Source: Nibricoccus sp. (lineage in GTDB: Bacteria; Verrucomicrobiota; Verrucomicrobiia; Opitutales; Opitutaceae). Taken from it: a stretch of 64,000 bases of DNA. Shown one piece after another: positions 19,797 to 29,795 of this stretch. The first letter of the stretch is position 1; each line of letters opens with the position of its first letter. The notes under the pieces were generated by a model, which was given only the letters and a program-made list of their open reading frames with translations, had not been told where the DNA came from and did no database searches. Made by a program: the position numbers and the translations under genes. The stretch spans positions 2,112,001 to 2,176,000 of the forward strand of contig JASGHG010000001.1 of NCBI GenBank assembly GCA_047602425.1, read 5' to 3'.

Positions 19797-20345
19797 ATGA
19801 GCCTGATTAAAGAAACAGTTTTCGGATTCTGGTCCCTGATCACGGGCATGCGGCTCACGATCAAGGAATTTTTCAGCCCGACCATAACCACTCACTACCC
19901 GCATCAAACGCTGCCCATCCCGAAGAAATTCCGCGGGCACATCGAGCTGAAGTGGAATCAGGAAACCGGTCGCGCCAACTGCACCGCGTGCGGCATTTGC
20001 GCCAAGGCCTGCCCGTCCGATTGCATCGAGCTCGACGGCATCAAGCCTGCCGGCGAAAAGGGCAAGGCTGTCACCAGTTACCAGCTCGACTTTACGCTCT
20101 GCTCCCTTTGTTCGCTCTGCATCGAGGCTTGTCCTTTCGACGCCATCCAGCACTCCGCGCGCTACAACCTCGCGAGCGTTCCGAACAAGTGGAACGACAT
20201 GGACCTCTTCGAACGCTACAAAGAACAGGTCGTTCGCGTCGGCAAAACCCCCTTCATTCCCGAAGCGGCTCCGGCCGCGCCCGCAGTTCCCGCCTCGACT
20301 ATTCCGGCCGCCGCTCCAGCTGTGGCCCCCCAGCCCGCCCAGTAA
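19797..20345 (+). CDS. nuoI: NADH-quinone oxidoreductase subunit I-like (2x[4Fe-4S])
   Basis: CTACGICAKACP and CSLCSLCIEACP; THYP and FRG motifs. Confidence 0.93.
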   Translation: MSLIKETVFGFWSLITGMRLTIKEFFSPTITTHYPHQTLPIPKKFRGHIELKWNQETGRANCTACGICAKACPSDCIELDGIKPAGEKGKAVTSYQLDFTLCSLCSLCIEACPFDAIQHSARYNLASVPNKWNDMDLFERYKEQVVRVGKTPFIPEAAPAAPAVPASTIPAAAPAVAPQPAQ

Positions 20346-20881
20346 TGAACACGTTTCCCCTTAACGACTGGTTAGTCGCCGCCATTTTCATCCTCTGTAT
20401 CGCCGTCACCGTCACCGGTGCGATCATCGCCGCCTTCACCAAGCGCATTATCCGCAGCGTTTCCGGCCTTGCGGTCTGCTGCCTCGGCCTTGCGGGCCTT
20501 TTTTATTTCCTCCACAGCCCGTTCCTCGCGCTGATGGAAATCCTCATCTACATCGGCGCCGTCTGCGTCACCGTCGTTTTCGGTATCATGCTCACCGAAC
20601 CCGACGAGCCTGCCCCGGAAAACTTCAAGCGCCCCTTCCCGGTCATTTCGCCCCTGATTTCGCTCGCGATCGGCGGCGGCGTATTTGTCGGCATCGCTTG
20701 GTTGAGCCTCAAGCAGCTCTGGACCGCTCCGGCCACCGTCACCGGCAACGGATCGATCGAATCGATCGGCCAGTTGCTCCTCACCAAGTACAGCGTGCCC
20801 TTTGAACTGATTTCGCTCGTGCTCCTCGTCGCCATCCTCGGCGCGCTCGTCATCGCCCGTTCCGGGAGGACCAAAGAATGA
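20345..20881 (+). CDS. nuoJ: NADH-quinone oxidoreductase subunit J-like
   Basis: TAATG coupling to nuoI; ILIYIGAV, PFELISLVLLVAILGA. Confidence 0.92.
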   Translation: MNTFPLNDWLVAAIFILCIAVTVTGAIIAAFTKRIIRSVSGLAVCCLGLAGLFYFLHSPFLALMEILIYIGAVCVTVVFGIMLTEPDEPAPENFKRPFPVISPLISLAIGGGVFVGIAWLSLKQLWTAPATVTGNGSIESIGQLLLTKYSVPFELISLVLLVAILGALVIARSGRTKE

Positions 20882-21204
20882 ACCCAGCCCAGCTTTATTC
20901 CCAGCCCGCGCCCTATCTGGTCGTCGCCGCATTTCTGCTCGCGATCGGCATTTTCGGCCTGATCCGCCGCCGCACCCTCATCGGCATGCTGATTTCCGGC
21001 GAACTCATCTTCGCCGCCGCGTCGTTGAATTTCATGGCGCTTAACCATTTCACTGCGCCAGACAAATCCGTCGGCCAGGTCGCCGTCCTCTTCATCATGG
21101 GTATCGCCGCCGCTGAAGTCGCCATCGCGCTCAGCATCATCATCGCCGTGTACCGCAACTATCGCTCCATCGTTTCCAAGGAGCTCAACCAACTCAAAGG
21201 CTGA
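20878..21204 (+). CDS. nuoK: NADH-quinone oxidoreductase subunit K-like
   Basis: GELI, GQV, AAAEVAIALSII. Confidence 0.93.
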   Translation: MNPAQLYSQPAPYLVVAAFLLAIGIFGLIRRRTLIGMLISGELIFAAASLNFMALNHFTAPDKSVGQVAVLFIMGIAAAEVAIALSIIIAVYRNYRSIVSKELNQLKG

Positions 21205-21209
21205 GCCAA

Positions 21210-22685
21210 ATGGATACGACCCAAGACCCACGCCTTGCCTTTGCCATTCTCGCCCCGCTCGTCGGCGCAGGTTTGGTCATGCTCACCGGCAAGAAACCCA
21301 ATCTCCGCGAGGCCTGCTCGTTTCTTGCCGCTGCCACGATGTTCGGCATCATCGCATCGCTCTATCCAGCGATCAAGGCCGGCGCCACGCTGAAGTTCAC
21401 GCTGTTCCAGCTGCTGCCCGGCCTCAGCCTCACGCTGCGCGCCGACGCGATGTCATTGATCTTTGCCGGTGCCGCCTCGTTCCTCTGGATCCTCGCGGTT
21501 TTCTACTCGGCCGGCTACATGCGCGGCCACCACGAGCCGAACCAAACCCGTTTCAACACCTGCTTTGCGCTCGCACTCTTCGGCGCCATTGGTTGTGCGT
21601 TCTCTGACAATCTCCTGACAATGTACTTCTTCTACGAAGTCGTCTCGATTGTCACCTATCCGCTGGTTGGACACCATCAGGACGCCGAGGGTTACGAAGG
21701 CGCCCGCAAGTACATGACTTACCTCACCACCACCGCCAAGGGCCTCGTGCTTCCCGCGATGGTGTTGATCTACGTGCTGACCGGCACGCTCGATTTCCCC
21801 ACCAACGTGCTTCATGGCATTGGCAACATCGCCAGCCAGAATCGCTGGCTTGTCACCGGTGCTTACGCCGCTTGCATCCTCGGTTTCGCGAAGAACGGCA
21901 TCATGCCGTTCCACTCGTGGCTCCCGAGCGCGATGGTGGCTCCGACACCGGTCTCCGCGCTGCTCCACGCTGTGGCGGTCGTTAAAGTCGGCGTGTTCTC
22001 AACTACGCGCACGATGCTCTACGGCTTCGGCGTCGACACGATGACGAATTTCAACCTCGGCATTCCGACCGCGTACTTCGTCGGCTTTACGATCATCACC
22101 GCATCGGTCATCGCGCTCTCGAAGGACAATCTCAAAGCCCGGCTCGCCTATTCGACCGTCTCGCAGCTTTCGTACATCGTGCTCGGTGTCGCACTGCTCA
22201 CGCCGACCGGCGTCGAAGGCGGATTGCTCCACATCGCCACGCACGCCTTTGCCAAGATCACGTTGTTCTTCTGTGCCGGCGCGATCTTCGTCGCCACCCA
22301 CAAAAAAGATATTTCCGAAATGTCCGGCCTCGGCCGCGTGATGCCGTTCACCTTCGGCGCCTTCGCGCTCGCCTCGCTCTCGATGATCGGCGTGCCCGGC
22401 TCCGGTGGCTTCGTATCCAAGATCTACCTACTCGTGGGCTCGATGGATGCCGGCCAGGTCGGCATCCTCGTGATCCTCGTCGCCTCCACGATTCTCAACG
22501 CCGCGTATTTCGCGCCGGTCGTTTACACCGCGTTCTTCGGCAAGCTCTCGCACGAGGATGAACATCACCTCCATGGTGAAGCGCATCCTTCGATGGTGAT
22601 CCCGCTCTGCATCACCGCTGTCATTTCGATCGTTATTGGCTTCTGGCCCGACCTTTTCCTCAACCTCGTCAAAGCGGTCTTCTGA
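21210..22685 (+). CDS. MrpD-like proton/cation antiporter subunit (extra antiporter module)
   Basis: FFYE, PFHSWLPSAMVAPTPVSALLHAVAVVK, LKARLAYSTVSQLSY, HAFAKITLFFCAG. Confidence 0.88.
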   Translation: MDTTQDPRLAFAILAPLVGAGLVMLTGKKPNLREACSFLAAATMFGIIASLYPAIKAGATLKFTLFQLLPGLSLTLRADAMSLIFAGAASFLWILAVFYSAGYMRGHHEPNQTRFNTCFALALFGAIGCAFSDNLLTMYFFYEVVSIVTYPLVGHHQDAEGYEGARKYMTYLTTTAKGLVLPAMVLIYVLTGTLDFPTNVLHGIGNIASQNRWLVTGAYAACILGFAKNGIMPFHSWLPSAMVAPTPVSALLHAVAVVKVGVFSTTRTMLYGFGVDTMTNFNLGIPTAYFVGFTIITASVIALSKDNLKARLAYSTVSQLSYIVLGVALLTPTGVEGGLLHIATHAFAKITLFFCAGAIFVATHKKDISEMSGLGRVMPFTFGAFALASLSMIGVPGSGGFVSKIYLLVGSMDAGQVGILVILVASTILNAAYFAPVVYTAFFGKLSHEDEHHLHGEAHPSMVIPLCITAVISIVIGFWPDLFLNLVKAVF

Positions 22686-23029
22686 TGAACCTCGTACGCT
22701 TTATAGATTTTCTGCGCGACCGACTGAGCCTTGTGATCAAGGCCTGTCTTGGCCTGCTCGCGCTCCTCGTCGTGGCCGACATCGCCCGCGTTTTCCTTTC
22801 GCACGGCCACGAAGCCGCTTCCGAACACGCCGCACCGGCCGCTCATGGCGCCGAAGCCGCGCATGGTTTCTGGGCGCAGCTTTATCACATCGCCGAAACC
22901 TGGCCGGCCTTCTGGTCAGTCTTCGGTTTTATCGCCTGCGTGCTGATTGTTTATATTTCCAAATGGTACGGACACCTGAAAGTCGGTCGCACCGAGATCA
23001 TGGCCAAGGAGGACTTCTACAATGAGTAA
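22685..23029 (+). CDS. Small 2-TM membrane protein of Mrp-type operons
   Basis: Translationally coupled on both sides; FWSVFGFIACVLIVYISK...EDFY motif; His/Ala-rich loop. Confidence 0.7.
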   Translation: MNLVRFIDFLRDRLSLVIKACLGLLALLVVADIARVFLSHGHEAASEHAAPAAHGAEAAHGFWAQLYHIAETWPAFWSVFGFIACVLIVYISKWYGHLKVGRTEIMAKEDFYNE

Positions 23030-24839
23030 CCTCTGGATCCATCCTTCGCTGATTTTCATCGTCGGCGGTTTGCTGCTGACAATCTTGCCGCAAGCCTTGC
23101 GCAAAGCATGGTTGATCATTGTACCTGCCGTCGCGTTCGGCCTCATCCTCAAGATGAGTCTGAATCTGGGCACCTTTGGCGTAGTCAATGTCGCCGGTTT
23201 CGAACTCACCTTCGGCCGCGTCGACCGTCTCAGCCAGGTCTTCGCCCACATCATGGGCCTGATGGCGATTATCGGCACACTTTATGGTTTGCATGTAAAG
23301 CGTCCGGTTGAACATCTCGCCGCCTGGACCTATGTCGCTGGTTCGATCGGCGCAATCTACGCGGGCGATTTCGTAACGCTCTTCCTCTTCTGGGAACTGA
23401 TGGCGATCGCCTCGACGTTCCTCATCTGGTTCCGCGGCCGCAAGGAATCCATCGCCGCCGGTTACCGCTACTTGCTCGTTCACATGGCCGGTGGTGTCGC
23501 GCTGCTCGCAGGCATCATGCTGACCTACAAGGCCACGCACTCGCTCGCGTTCAACCCGCTCGAGGTCGCGAATCCCGCGCCCGGCACGTGGTTGATCATG
23601 ATCGGCTTCATCCTCAATGCCGCGGTTCCGCCGCTGCACGCCTGGCTGCCCGACGCTTACGGCGAAGCGACGTTTAATGGTTCGGTTTTCATGTGCGCTT
23701 TCACGACCAAGACCGCCGTTTACGCTCTGCTGCGCGGCGTCCCGGGTTTTGAAATCCTCATCCCGCTCGGCGTGATCATGGCGCTCTACGGTGTCGTTTA
23801 CGCGGTGCTGGAAAACGACAGCCGCCGCCTGCTCGCCTACCACATCATTTCGCAGGTCGGCTACATGGTCGCGGGTGTCGGTCTGGCGAATACCCACACT
23901 GCTTTCGGCCAGCTCGCTTTCAACGGCGCCTGCGCGCATGCTTTCGCTCACATTCTCTACAAGGGCCTGCTCTTCATGGGCTGCGGCACCGTTCTGCACC
24001 AGACTGGCGAGAGCAAGTTCACCGAGCTCGGCGGCCTCTATAAGAAGATGCCCTGGACGTTTGTGCTGACGCTGATCGGCGGCTTGTCCATCTCGGCTTT
24101 CCCTCTGTTCAGCGGTTTCGTTTCGAAATCGATGATCGTCTCGGCCGGCTTCGATAGCGGTAAGCTCTGGGTCGGTTTTCTCCTCATGCTCGCCTCCGCC
24201 GGTACGTTCCTCCACACCGGCCTGAAGGTGCCGTACTACATTTTCTTCGGCAAAAACAACTGCAAGCCGCAGACGTGGGAAAAAGCCAAGGACCCGGTTT
24301 GGAACATGACCGCCGCCATGGCGATCGCCGCGTTCTTCTGTATCTTCATAGGCAGCTACACGCCTTATCTCTACAACATGCTTCCTTTCCAAGGACCGGC
24401 TGAAGAGTACGCGGGCCGCGTCTACAGCAGCGCTCACGTGATGGAGACGTTGCAGATCCTCCTCTTCACCGCGCTCGGTTTCTTCCTCATGTTGAAGAAA
24501 CTCACGCCAGAGGCAAAAATCTCGCTCGATCTAGACATTGTCTGGCGCAAGGGCGGCCCTGCTTTCCTCTGGCTCGCGAAAAAGCCGATCCAAGCCATCG
24601 ATAATTTTGTCGGCGAAATCTACAACAATGGCGGCCTCATCCCTCTGATGCGCACGTCTCGCCTCGTCGGTATTTTCGACGGCGCGGTGATCGATGGCAT
24701 CGTCGATGGCTTCGCCACCAGCTTCCGCAATCTCGGTGCCAAGCTCCGCGGCGCCCAGCGCGGTGCGATTCAGGACAATCTCACGATCGCCTTCGCTGCG
24801 GCCGCGGCGCTCCTCCTCGGCTTCCTCTTCATCTTCTAA
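23022..24839 (+). CDS. MrpD-type antiporter core with NuoL-like lateral helix and terminal TM (occupies the nuoL position)
   Basis: FWELM, PLHAWLPDAY, FTTKT, HAFAHILYKGLLFM; tail FDGAVIDGIVDG...LRGAQRGAIQ plus a TM, as in NuoL. Confidence 0.85.
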   Translation: MSNLWIHPSLIFIVGGLLLTILPQALRKAWLIIVPAVAFGLILKMSLNLGTFGVVNVAGFELTFGRVDRLSQVFAHIMGLMAIIGTLYGLHVKRPVEHLAAWTYVAGSIGAIYAGDFVTLFLFWELMAIASTFLIWFRGRKESIAAGYRYLLVHMAGGVALLAGIMLTYKATHSLAFNPLEVANPAPGTWLIMIGFILNAAVPPLHAWLPDAYGEATFNGSVFMCAFTTKTAVYALLRGVPGFEILIPLGVIMALYGVVYAVLENDSRRLLAYHIISQVGYMVAGVGLANTHTAFGQLAFNGACAHAFAHILYKGLLFMGCGTVLHQTGESKFTELGGLYKKMPWTFVLTLIGGLSISAFPLFSGFVSKSMIVSAGFDSGKLWVGFLLMLASAGTFLHTGLKVPYYIFFGKNNCKPQTWEKAKDPVWNMTAAMAIAAFFCIFIGSYTPYLYNMLPFQGPAEEYAGRVYSSAHVMETLQILLFTALGFFLMLKKLTPEAKISLDLDIVWRKGGPAFLWLAKKPIQAIDNFVGEIYNNGGLIPLMRTSRLVGIFDGAVIDGIVDGFATSFRNLGAKLRGAQRGAIQDNLTIAFAAAAALLLGFLFIF

Positions 24840-24851
24840 CAGTCCCCCGCC

Positions 24852-26330
24852 ATGCCACCATTCGCCAATCTCGAGGGCCTGCCCTATCTCAGTATTCTGA
24901 TCTTCGCGCCGCTGATCGCCGCCGCGTTCACTGCGTTTATTTCCGACGCGCGGCTCGTCCGCTGGTGGACTCTCGGCGTGACCGTCGCCGCCGCGATCTT
25001 TTCGGTCAATCTATACATTGGGTTCTTTGCCGAGACGCATTATTTTCAATTCGTCGAAAGTCATTCGTGGATTCCGTCGTTGAAAATCAACTACACGCTC
25101 GGCGTGGACGGCATCAGCCTGCTGCTCATCCTCCTCACCACGCTCATCACGCCACTTTGCGTACTGGCTTCCTGGACCTACATCAAGGTTCGGGTAAAAG
25201 AGTTCATGATCGCCCTCCTTGTGATGGAAGGCGCCATGGTCGGCGTGTTCAGCGCGCTCGATACCGTCCTCTTCTTCGTATTCTGGGAAGCGATGCTCAT
25301 CCCGATGGCACTCATGATCGGCGTCTGGGGCGGCCCGCGTAAGATCTACGCGTCGATGAAATTCTTCATCTACACGATGGCGGGCTCGGTCTTCCTGCTG
25401 GTCGCCATCATCGCAATGCGTCTGCAAACCGGCTCGTTCGATTTGCAGTCGACCATGGGCCATCCCTTCTCACACGGTTTCCAAAGCTGGGTTTTTGCCG
25501 CGTTCTTTATTTCTTTTGCGATCAAGGTTCCCATGTTTCCGTTCCACACGTGGTTGCCCGCCGCACACGTTGAGGCTCCAACGGCTGGTTCGGTTATTCT
25601 GGCTTCGGTGCTGTTGAAAATGGGCACATACGGTTTCCTCCGTTTTGCCCTGCCGATCACGCCTTGGGCTGCGGTGCATTTTGCGCCCGCGCTCATGTGG
25701 CTCTCCGTCGTCGGCATCGTTTACGGCGGTCTCGCTGCCCTCGCGCAGGCCGACATGAAGAAGCTCGTCGCTTACTCCTCCGTCGGCCACATGGGCTTCT
25801 GCACCCTCGGTATTTTTTCGCTCAATATTCAGGGCATCGAAGGCGCCACGCTCGTCATGATCAACCATGGTGTCACCACCGGAGCGTTGTTCATCTGTGT
25901 CGGCATCATCTACGAACGGCTGCACACCCGCGATCTCGCGAAGTCCGCCGGCATCGGCAAGTTCATGCCGATTCTTGCCACGTTCCTCGGTTTCTTCTGC
26001 CTGTCGTCACTCGGATTCCCCGGCACAAACAGTTTCATCGGCGAATTTTTGGTTCTCGCCGGTGGTTTCAAAATTTCCACGTTGCTCGTTTGTTGCGCCG
26101 TTCCCGGCGTCGTCGCCGCCGCGGCTTACAACCTCCGCATGCTCCAGCGCCTCGTCTACGGCGGTACCGACAACCCCGATCATACTGGTACGCCCGATCT
26201 CAACTTCCGCGAAATCCTCACGCTCGCGCCGTTGCTCGTGTTCGTTCTCTGGATCGGTCTGAACCCACAGCCGTTTGTGAAAATCATGCACGAATCGGTC
26301 GTCCACCTCCTCCAACAAGCCGGCCGCTAA
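24852..26330 (+). CDS. nuoM: NADH-quinone oxidoreductase subunit M-like
   Basis: GVDGIS, FWEAMLIP, KVPMFPFHTWLPAAHVEAPTAGSVILA, LLKMGTYG. Confidence 0.95.
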   Translation: MPPFANLEGLPYLSILIFAPLIAAAFTAFISDARLVRWWTLGVTVAAAIFSVNLYIGFFAETHYFQFVESHSWIPSLKINYTLGVDGISLLLILLTTLITPLCVLASWTYIKVRVKEFMIALLVMEGAMVGVFSALDTVLFFVFWEAMLIPMALMIGVWGGPRKIYASMKFFIYTMAGSVFLLVAIIAMRLQTGSFDLQSTMGHPFSHGFQSWVFAAFFISFAIKVPMFPFHTWLPAAHVEAPTAGSVILASVLLKMGTYGFLRFALPITPWAAVHFAPALMWLSVVGIVYGGLAALAQADMKKLVAYSSVGHMGFCTLGIFSLNIQGIEGATLVMINHGVTTGALFICVGIIYERLHTRDLAKSAGIGKFMPILATFLGFFCLSSLGFPGTNSFIGEFLVLAGGFKISTLLVCCAVPGVVAAAAYNLRMLQRLVYGGTDNPDHTGTPDLNFREILTLAPLLVFVLWIGLNPQPFVKIMHESVVHLLQQAGR

Positions 26331-26347
26331 AAAACCAACAACCCTTC

Positions 26348-26485
26348 GCCACAGAGAACACAGAGCGCCGACACAGAGTTCACCGAGCCAATCCACCCAT
26401 CCGTCAATCGCCGCTCAACACCTCGACTTCATCCACCAAAAATTTCTCTGTGCCCTCTGTGTCCGAGCTCCGTGACCTCTGTGGC
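26348..26485. repeat. CACAGAG inverted-repeat element, copy 3 (nuoM-nuoN)
   Basis: Arms at 26348-26387 and 26446-26485. Confidence 0.9.
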
Positions 26486-26520
26486 CCCTCCGATTCCGAC
26501 TCCGATTTTCCCTTTTCCCA

Positions 26521-27972
26521 ATGACTCCGTTTCCCGCCATGGCCTTTTTCCCTGAGCTGGTGCTCCTCGCCGGTGCTCTCGGCCTTTTCGTCGTCACGCT
26601 TGGCAACAATCAAGGCAGAGCGGCCCGCGCCGGCGCGCTTTTCGTCGGCCTCGTCGCGCTTGGCGCCAGCATTGTGACACTTCCGCAAAGCGCCCTTCTG
26701 TTCGACGGCGCTTATCGCGTGGACGCCTTTTCTCAGTGGTTAAAAATCGTTCTCTGCGGCGGCTATGTTCTTACGCTTCTTCTTAGCGGAAACCTTCCCG
26801 ATATCCGCAGTGAGACCAAGTCCGAGTATTTCCTCTTTTTGAATCTTAGTGTGCTCGGTTTGGTTATGCTCGTGAGCAGCGTGGAAGTTCTCTCGCTCGT
26901 CATCGCCCTCGAACTTTCCTCCTTCCCGCTTTATCTCATGGTCGCGATGCGCCGCGAGCGCGAAGGCCAGCGCATCCAGATGGAATCGGCTGTGAAATAC
27001 ATCATGTTCGGCGTCGCCGCCAACGGCATCATGTTCTTTGGTTTTAGTTATCTGTTCGGCCTGACCGGTTCAACACACTTGTCCGACATGTTCGCCGGAC
27101 TGGCTCCCATCGCCGGCACCCCGATCGCGATCGTCGCGCTCTCGATGGCTTTCTGCGGCTTCTATTACAAACTCGCGGTCTTTCCCTTTCACTTCTGGAC
27201 ACCCGATGTCTACCAAGGCGCCTCCAACGAAACTGCCGGCTACATCGCTTCGCTGCCCAAAGTCGGCGCCGTCGCCGTGCTCGTCCGCCTCGTCACTCTC
27301 GCCACGCCGGACAACCACACGATCGCCATGCTGCTCAGCGCGCTCGCGATCCTCTCGATGTGCTACGGCAACCTAATCGCTTTGGTCCAAACCGATTTCA
27401 AACGCCTGCTTGGTTTCTCGGGTATCGCGCATGCTGGTTATGCGGTTGTCGGTTTCACCGCTCTCGGCACCGCCGGGTTCACCGCCGCGCTCTACTATAT
27501 TGTGGGCTACATGTTGATGGTCACGGCGTGCTTCGTCGTCATCTGCAAGATTTCGAAAGACGGCACCAACGTCGCCATCGAAGAACTCTCCGGCCTGCAT
27601 CGCCGCTCTCCGCTTCTTGCCGCAACGCTCCTCGTTGCGGTCTTCGGTCTTGCCGGCATTCCACCGTTTGTTGGTTTTATCGGTAAGTTCGGCCTTCTCT
27701 CCGCCGCTCTCGCTAAAGGCCACACTGCGCTCGTGATCGTCACCGTGATCAATTCTGCCATCGCGATCTATTACTATCTCCAGGTTGTCCGCAAAGGCAT
27801 CTTTGGCGAAAAACAGTCCGAAGGGGCCGCCCCCGAAGCCATCAGCATCGGCTGGCAGGCCGCAACGCTGTGCGTCTTGCTGATCGTCGGTATCGTCTGG
27901 CTCGGCGTCTATCCCGGGCCCATCCAGGATGCGATTGCCTCCTCGCTAGCTAGCGTCAAACCGCCGCTTTAA
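26521..27972 (+). CDS. nuoN: NADH-quinone oxidoreductase subunit N-like
   Basis: ALELSS, ESAVKY, KLAVFPFHFWTPDVYQGA, LAGIPPFVGFIGK. Confidence 0.93.
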   Translation: MTPFPAMAFFPELVLLAGALGLFVVTLGNNQGRAARAGALFVGLVALGASIVTLPQSALLFDGAYRVDAFSQWLKIVLCGGYVLTLLLSGNLPDIRSETKSEYFLFLNLSVLGLVMLVSSVEVLSLVIALELSSFPLYLMVAMRREREGQRIQMESAVKYIMFGVAANGIMFFGFSYLFGLTGSTHLSDMFAGLAPIAGTPIAIVALSMAFCGFYYKLAVFPFHFWTPDVYQGASNETAGYIASLPKVGAVAVLVRLVTLATPDNHTIAMLLSALAILSMCYGNLIALVQTDFKRLLGFSGIAHAGYAVVGFTALGTAGFTAALYYIVGYMLMVTACFVVICKISKDGTNVAIEELSGLHRRSPLLAATLLVAVFGLAGIPPFVGFIGKFGLLSAALAKGHTALVIVTVINSAIAIYYYLQVVRKGIFGEKQSEGAAPEAISIGWQAATLCVLLIVGIVWLGVYPGPIQDAIASSLASVKPPL

Positions 27973-28008
27973 ACCCGCGCTAAGCGGTCGATTTCGACCG
28001 GTTGGCAC

Positions 28009-28088
28009 CTGGCCAATTTTTGCGCTGCAAGAGGCAGAATGTAGGCAGAGGGCTCGAGGGTGATTGAGCTAAACTCGGCTCAAGCAAA
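28009..28088 (+). promoter_or_regulatory. Conserved two-block leader motif, copy upstream of iorA
   Basis: Blocks 28009-28042 and 28064-28088 match 32577-32610 (32/34) and 32631-32655 (22/25). Confidence 0.7.
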
Positions 28089-28097
28089 ACCCTGTCC

Positions 28098-29786
28098 GTG
28101 CCTCAACCTTCCCAAGATAAAAACGGTCGTCTCCTGCTCAGCGGTAACGAAGCGGTCGCCCTCGCCGCGCTGCATTGCGGCGTCGCGCTCGGCACTGGTT
28201 ATCCCGGGACACCTTCCACCGAAATTCTCGAAAACTTCAGCGCGCTCGGCGGCAAAGCCCAATGGGCTCCGAACGAAAAAGTCGCCGCCGAAGTCGCTCT
28301 CGGCGCCGCCTTCGCCAAGGCCCGCGTGCTCTGCACGATGAAACACGTCGGCCTCAACGTCGCCGCCGATGTGCTTTTCACCATGACCTATTCCGGTGTC
28401 GATGGCGCTTATGTGCTGATCGTCGCGGACGATCCCGGCATGGCCTCCTCGCAAAATGAACAAGATAGCCGCCGCTATGCCGAAGCTTCGGTCGCGCCGA
28501 TGTTCGAGCCATCCGATTCGCAGGAAGCCTACGATTTGCTCAAGGTCGCTTTCGAGACGAGCGAGCGTTGGAAGATCCCGGTCCTATTCCGGATGACCAC
28601 GCGCGTCTGCCATTCGAAGTCGCCCGTAAAAACTCGTTTCGCCCTTGGCACTAAACCAACTGCCATCGACACAAAGGCACCCACAACCGAATTCGTTCGC
28701 AACATCCCCTTCCATGTCATGGTGCCTGGCTATGCAAAGCCCGCGCACCGCCGTCTCCGCGCCAAGATGGCGGAAATGGAAACTTGGAACAACTCGCAAG
28801 GCCCAAATTCCACCGAGAAACGCTCTGCCGACCTAGGCATCATTGTCGCCGGCATCAGTTATCACCATGTCCGCGAAGCCGCACCCGACGCCTCGGTTCT
28901 CAAGCTCGGCATGACGTATCCGCTGCCGATGCAGACGATCCGCGCGTTCGTCGCCTCGGTGAAACGTTGCATCGTCATCGAGGAAAACGATCCCTGGCTC
29001 GCCACCGCTCTGCGCGCGGATGGTCTCAAAGTCGAAGCGAAGGACGATTCCATTTTCCGTTTCGGCGAACTTTCCGTCGATCGCGTGAATCGTATCCTGA
29101 ATCACGATACAAGCCCCGAGCCTGTTCCTCCGCGCGGCAAACCGCCCGAACTTTGCAAAGGTTGCCCGCACACCCAGAGCTTCGAGGTGATGAAGGAGCT
29201 CGATTGCATCGTCTCCGGCGACATCGGTTGCTACACGCTCGCCGCACTTCCACCACTCGCTGCGATGGACATGATGATCGACATGGGCGCCGCGGTCGGC
29301 ATGGGCCTCGGCCTGCGCCACGTGCTCCCGCGCGATCAGGCCAAACGCGTTGTCTCCGTCATTGGTGACAGCACTTTCCTCCACGGCGGCCTGACCGGCC
29401 TCGTCGAAATGGCCTACAATCCGCCCTCGACCGGCCACGTGCTCATGATCCTCGACAACGGCACCACCGCCATGACCGGCCAGCAGGAACATCCGGGCAC
29501 CGGCCGCCAGCTCGATGGCGAAGGCACGCACAAAGTCAGCTTTGAGGCCATGGCCCGCGCCGCCGGCGTGAAAAATGTTTATACCATTAATCCGGTTAAG
29601 GACCGCGCCAAACTCAAGGAGACGCTCGGCGAATCCCTGCGCAAAGACGAACTCACCGTGATCATCGCGCGCAGTCCCTGCATCCTCGCCGCCGGCCGCA
29701 TCGCCGCCTGGGAAAAAGATCAGAAAGCCAAAGCCGACGCCGAACCTTCCGGCACCTGTCAATGCGTTGGTGGGTGTAATTCCTAA
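28098..29786 (+). CDS. iorA: Indolepyruvate:ferredoxin oxidoreductase alpha subunit (no C-terminal 2x[4Fe-4S] domain)
   Basis: LLSGNEAVA, GYPGTPSTEI, NEKVA, MKHVGLNVAAD, SSQNEQD, CKGCPH, GDIGCY, TPP motif IGDSTF...DNGTTAMTG. Confidence 0.93.
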   Translation: MPQPSQDKNGRLLLSGNEAVALAALHCGVALGTGYPGTPSTEILENFSALGGKAQWAPNEKVAAEVALGAAFAKARVLCTMKHVGLNVAADVLFTMTYSGVDGAYVLIVADDPGMASSQNEQDSRRYAEASVAPMFEPSDSQEAYDLLKVAFETSERWKIPVLFRMTTRVCHSKSPVKTRFALGTKPTAIDTKAPTTEFVRNIPFHVMVPGYAKPAHRRLRAKMAEMETWNNSQGPNSTEKRSADLGIIVAGISYHHVREAAPDASVLKLGMTYPLPMQTIRAFVASVKRCIVIEENDPWLATALRADGLKVEAKDDSIFRFGELSVDRVNRILNHDTSPEPVPPRGKPPELCKGCPHTQSFEVMKELDCIVSGDIGCYTLAALPPLAAMDMMIDMGAAVGMGLGLRHVLPRDQAKRVVSVIGDSTFLHGGLTGLVEMAYNPPSTGHVLMILDNGTTAMTGQQEHPGTGRQLDGEGTHKVSFEAMARAAGVKNVYTINPVKDRAKLKETLGESLRKDELTVIIARSPCILAAGRIAAWEKDQKAKADAEPSGTCQCVGGCNS

Positions 29787-29795
29787 TCAATTTTT

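Noticed and set aside
28001..28025. Sigma-54 promoter (TGGC...TTGC) in the shared leader
   Set aside because: The GG-GC spacing is 9 or 11 nt rather than the required 10 in both copies.
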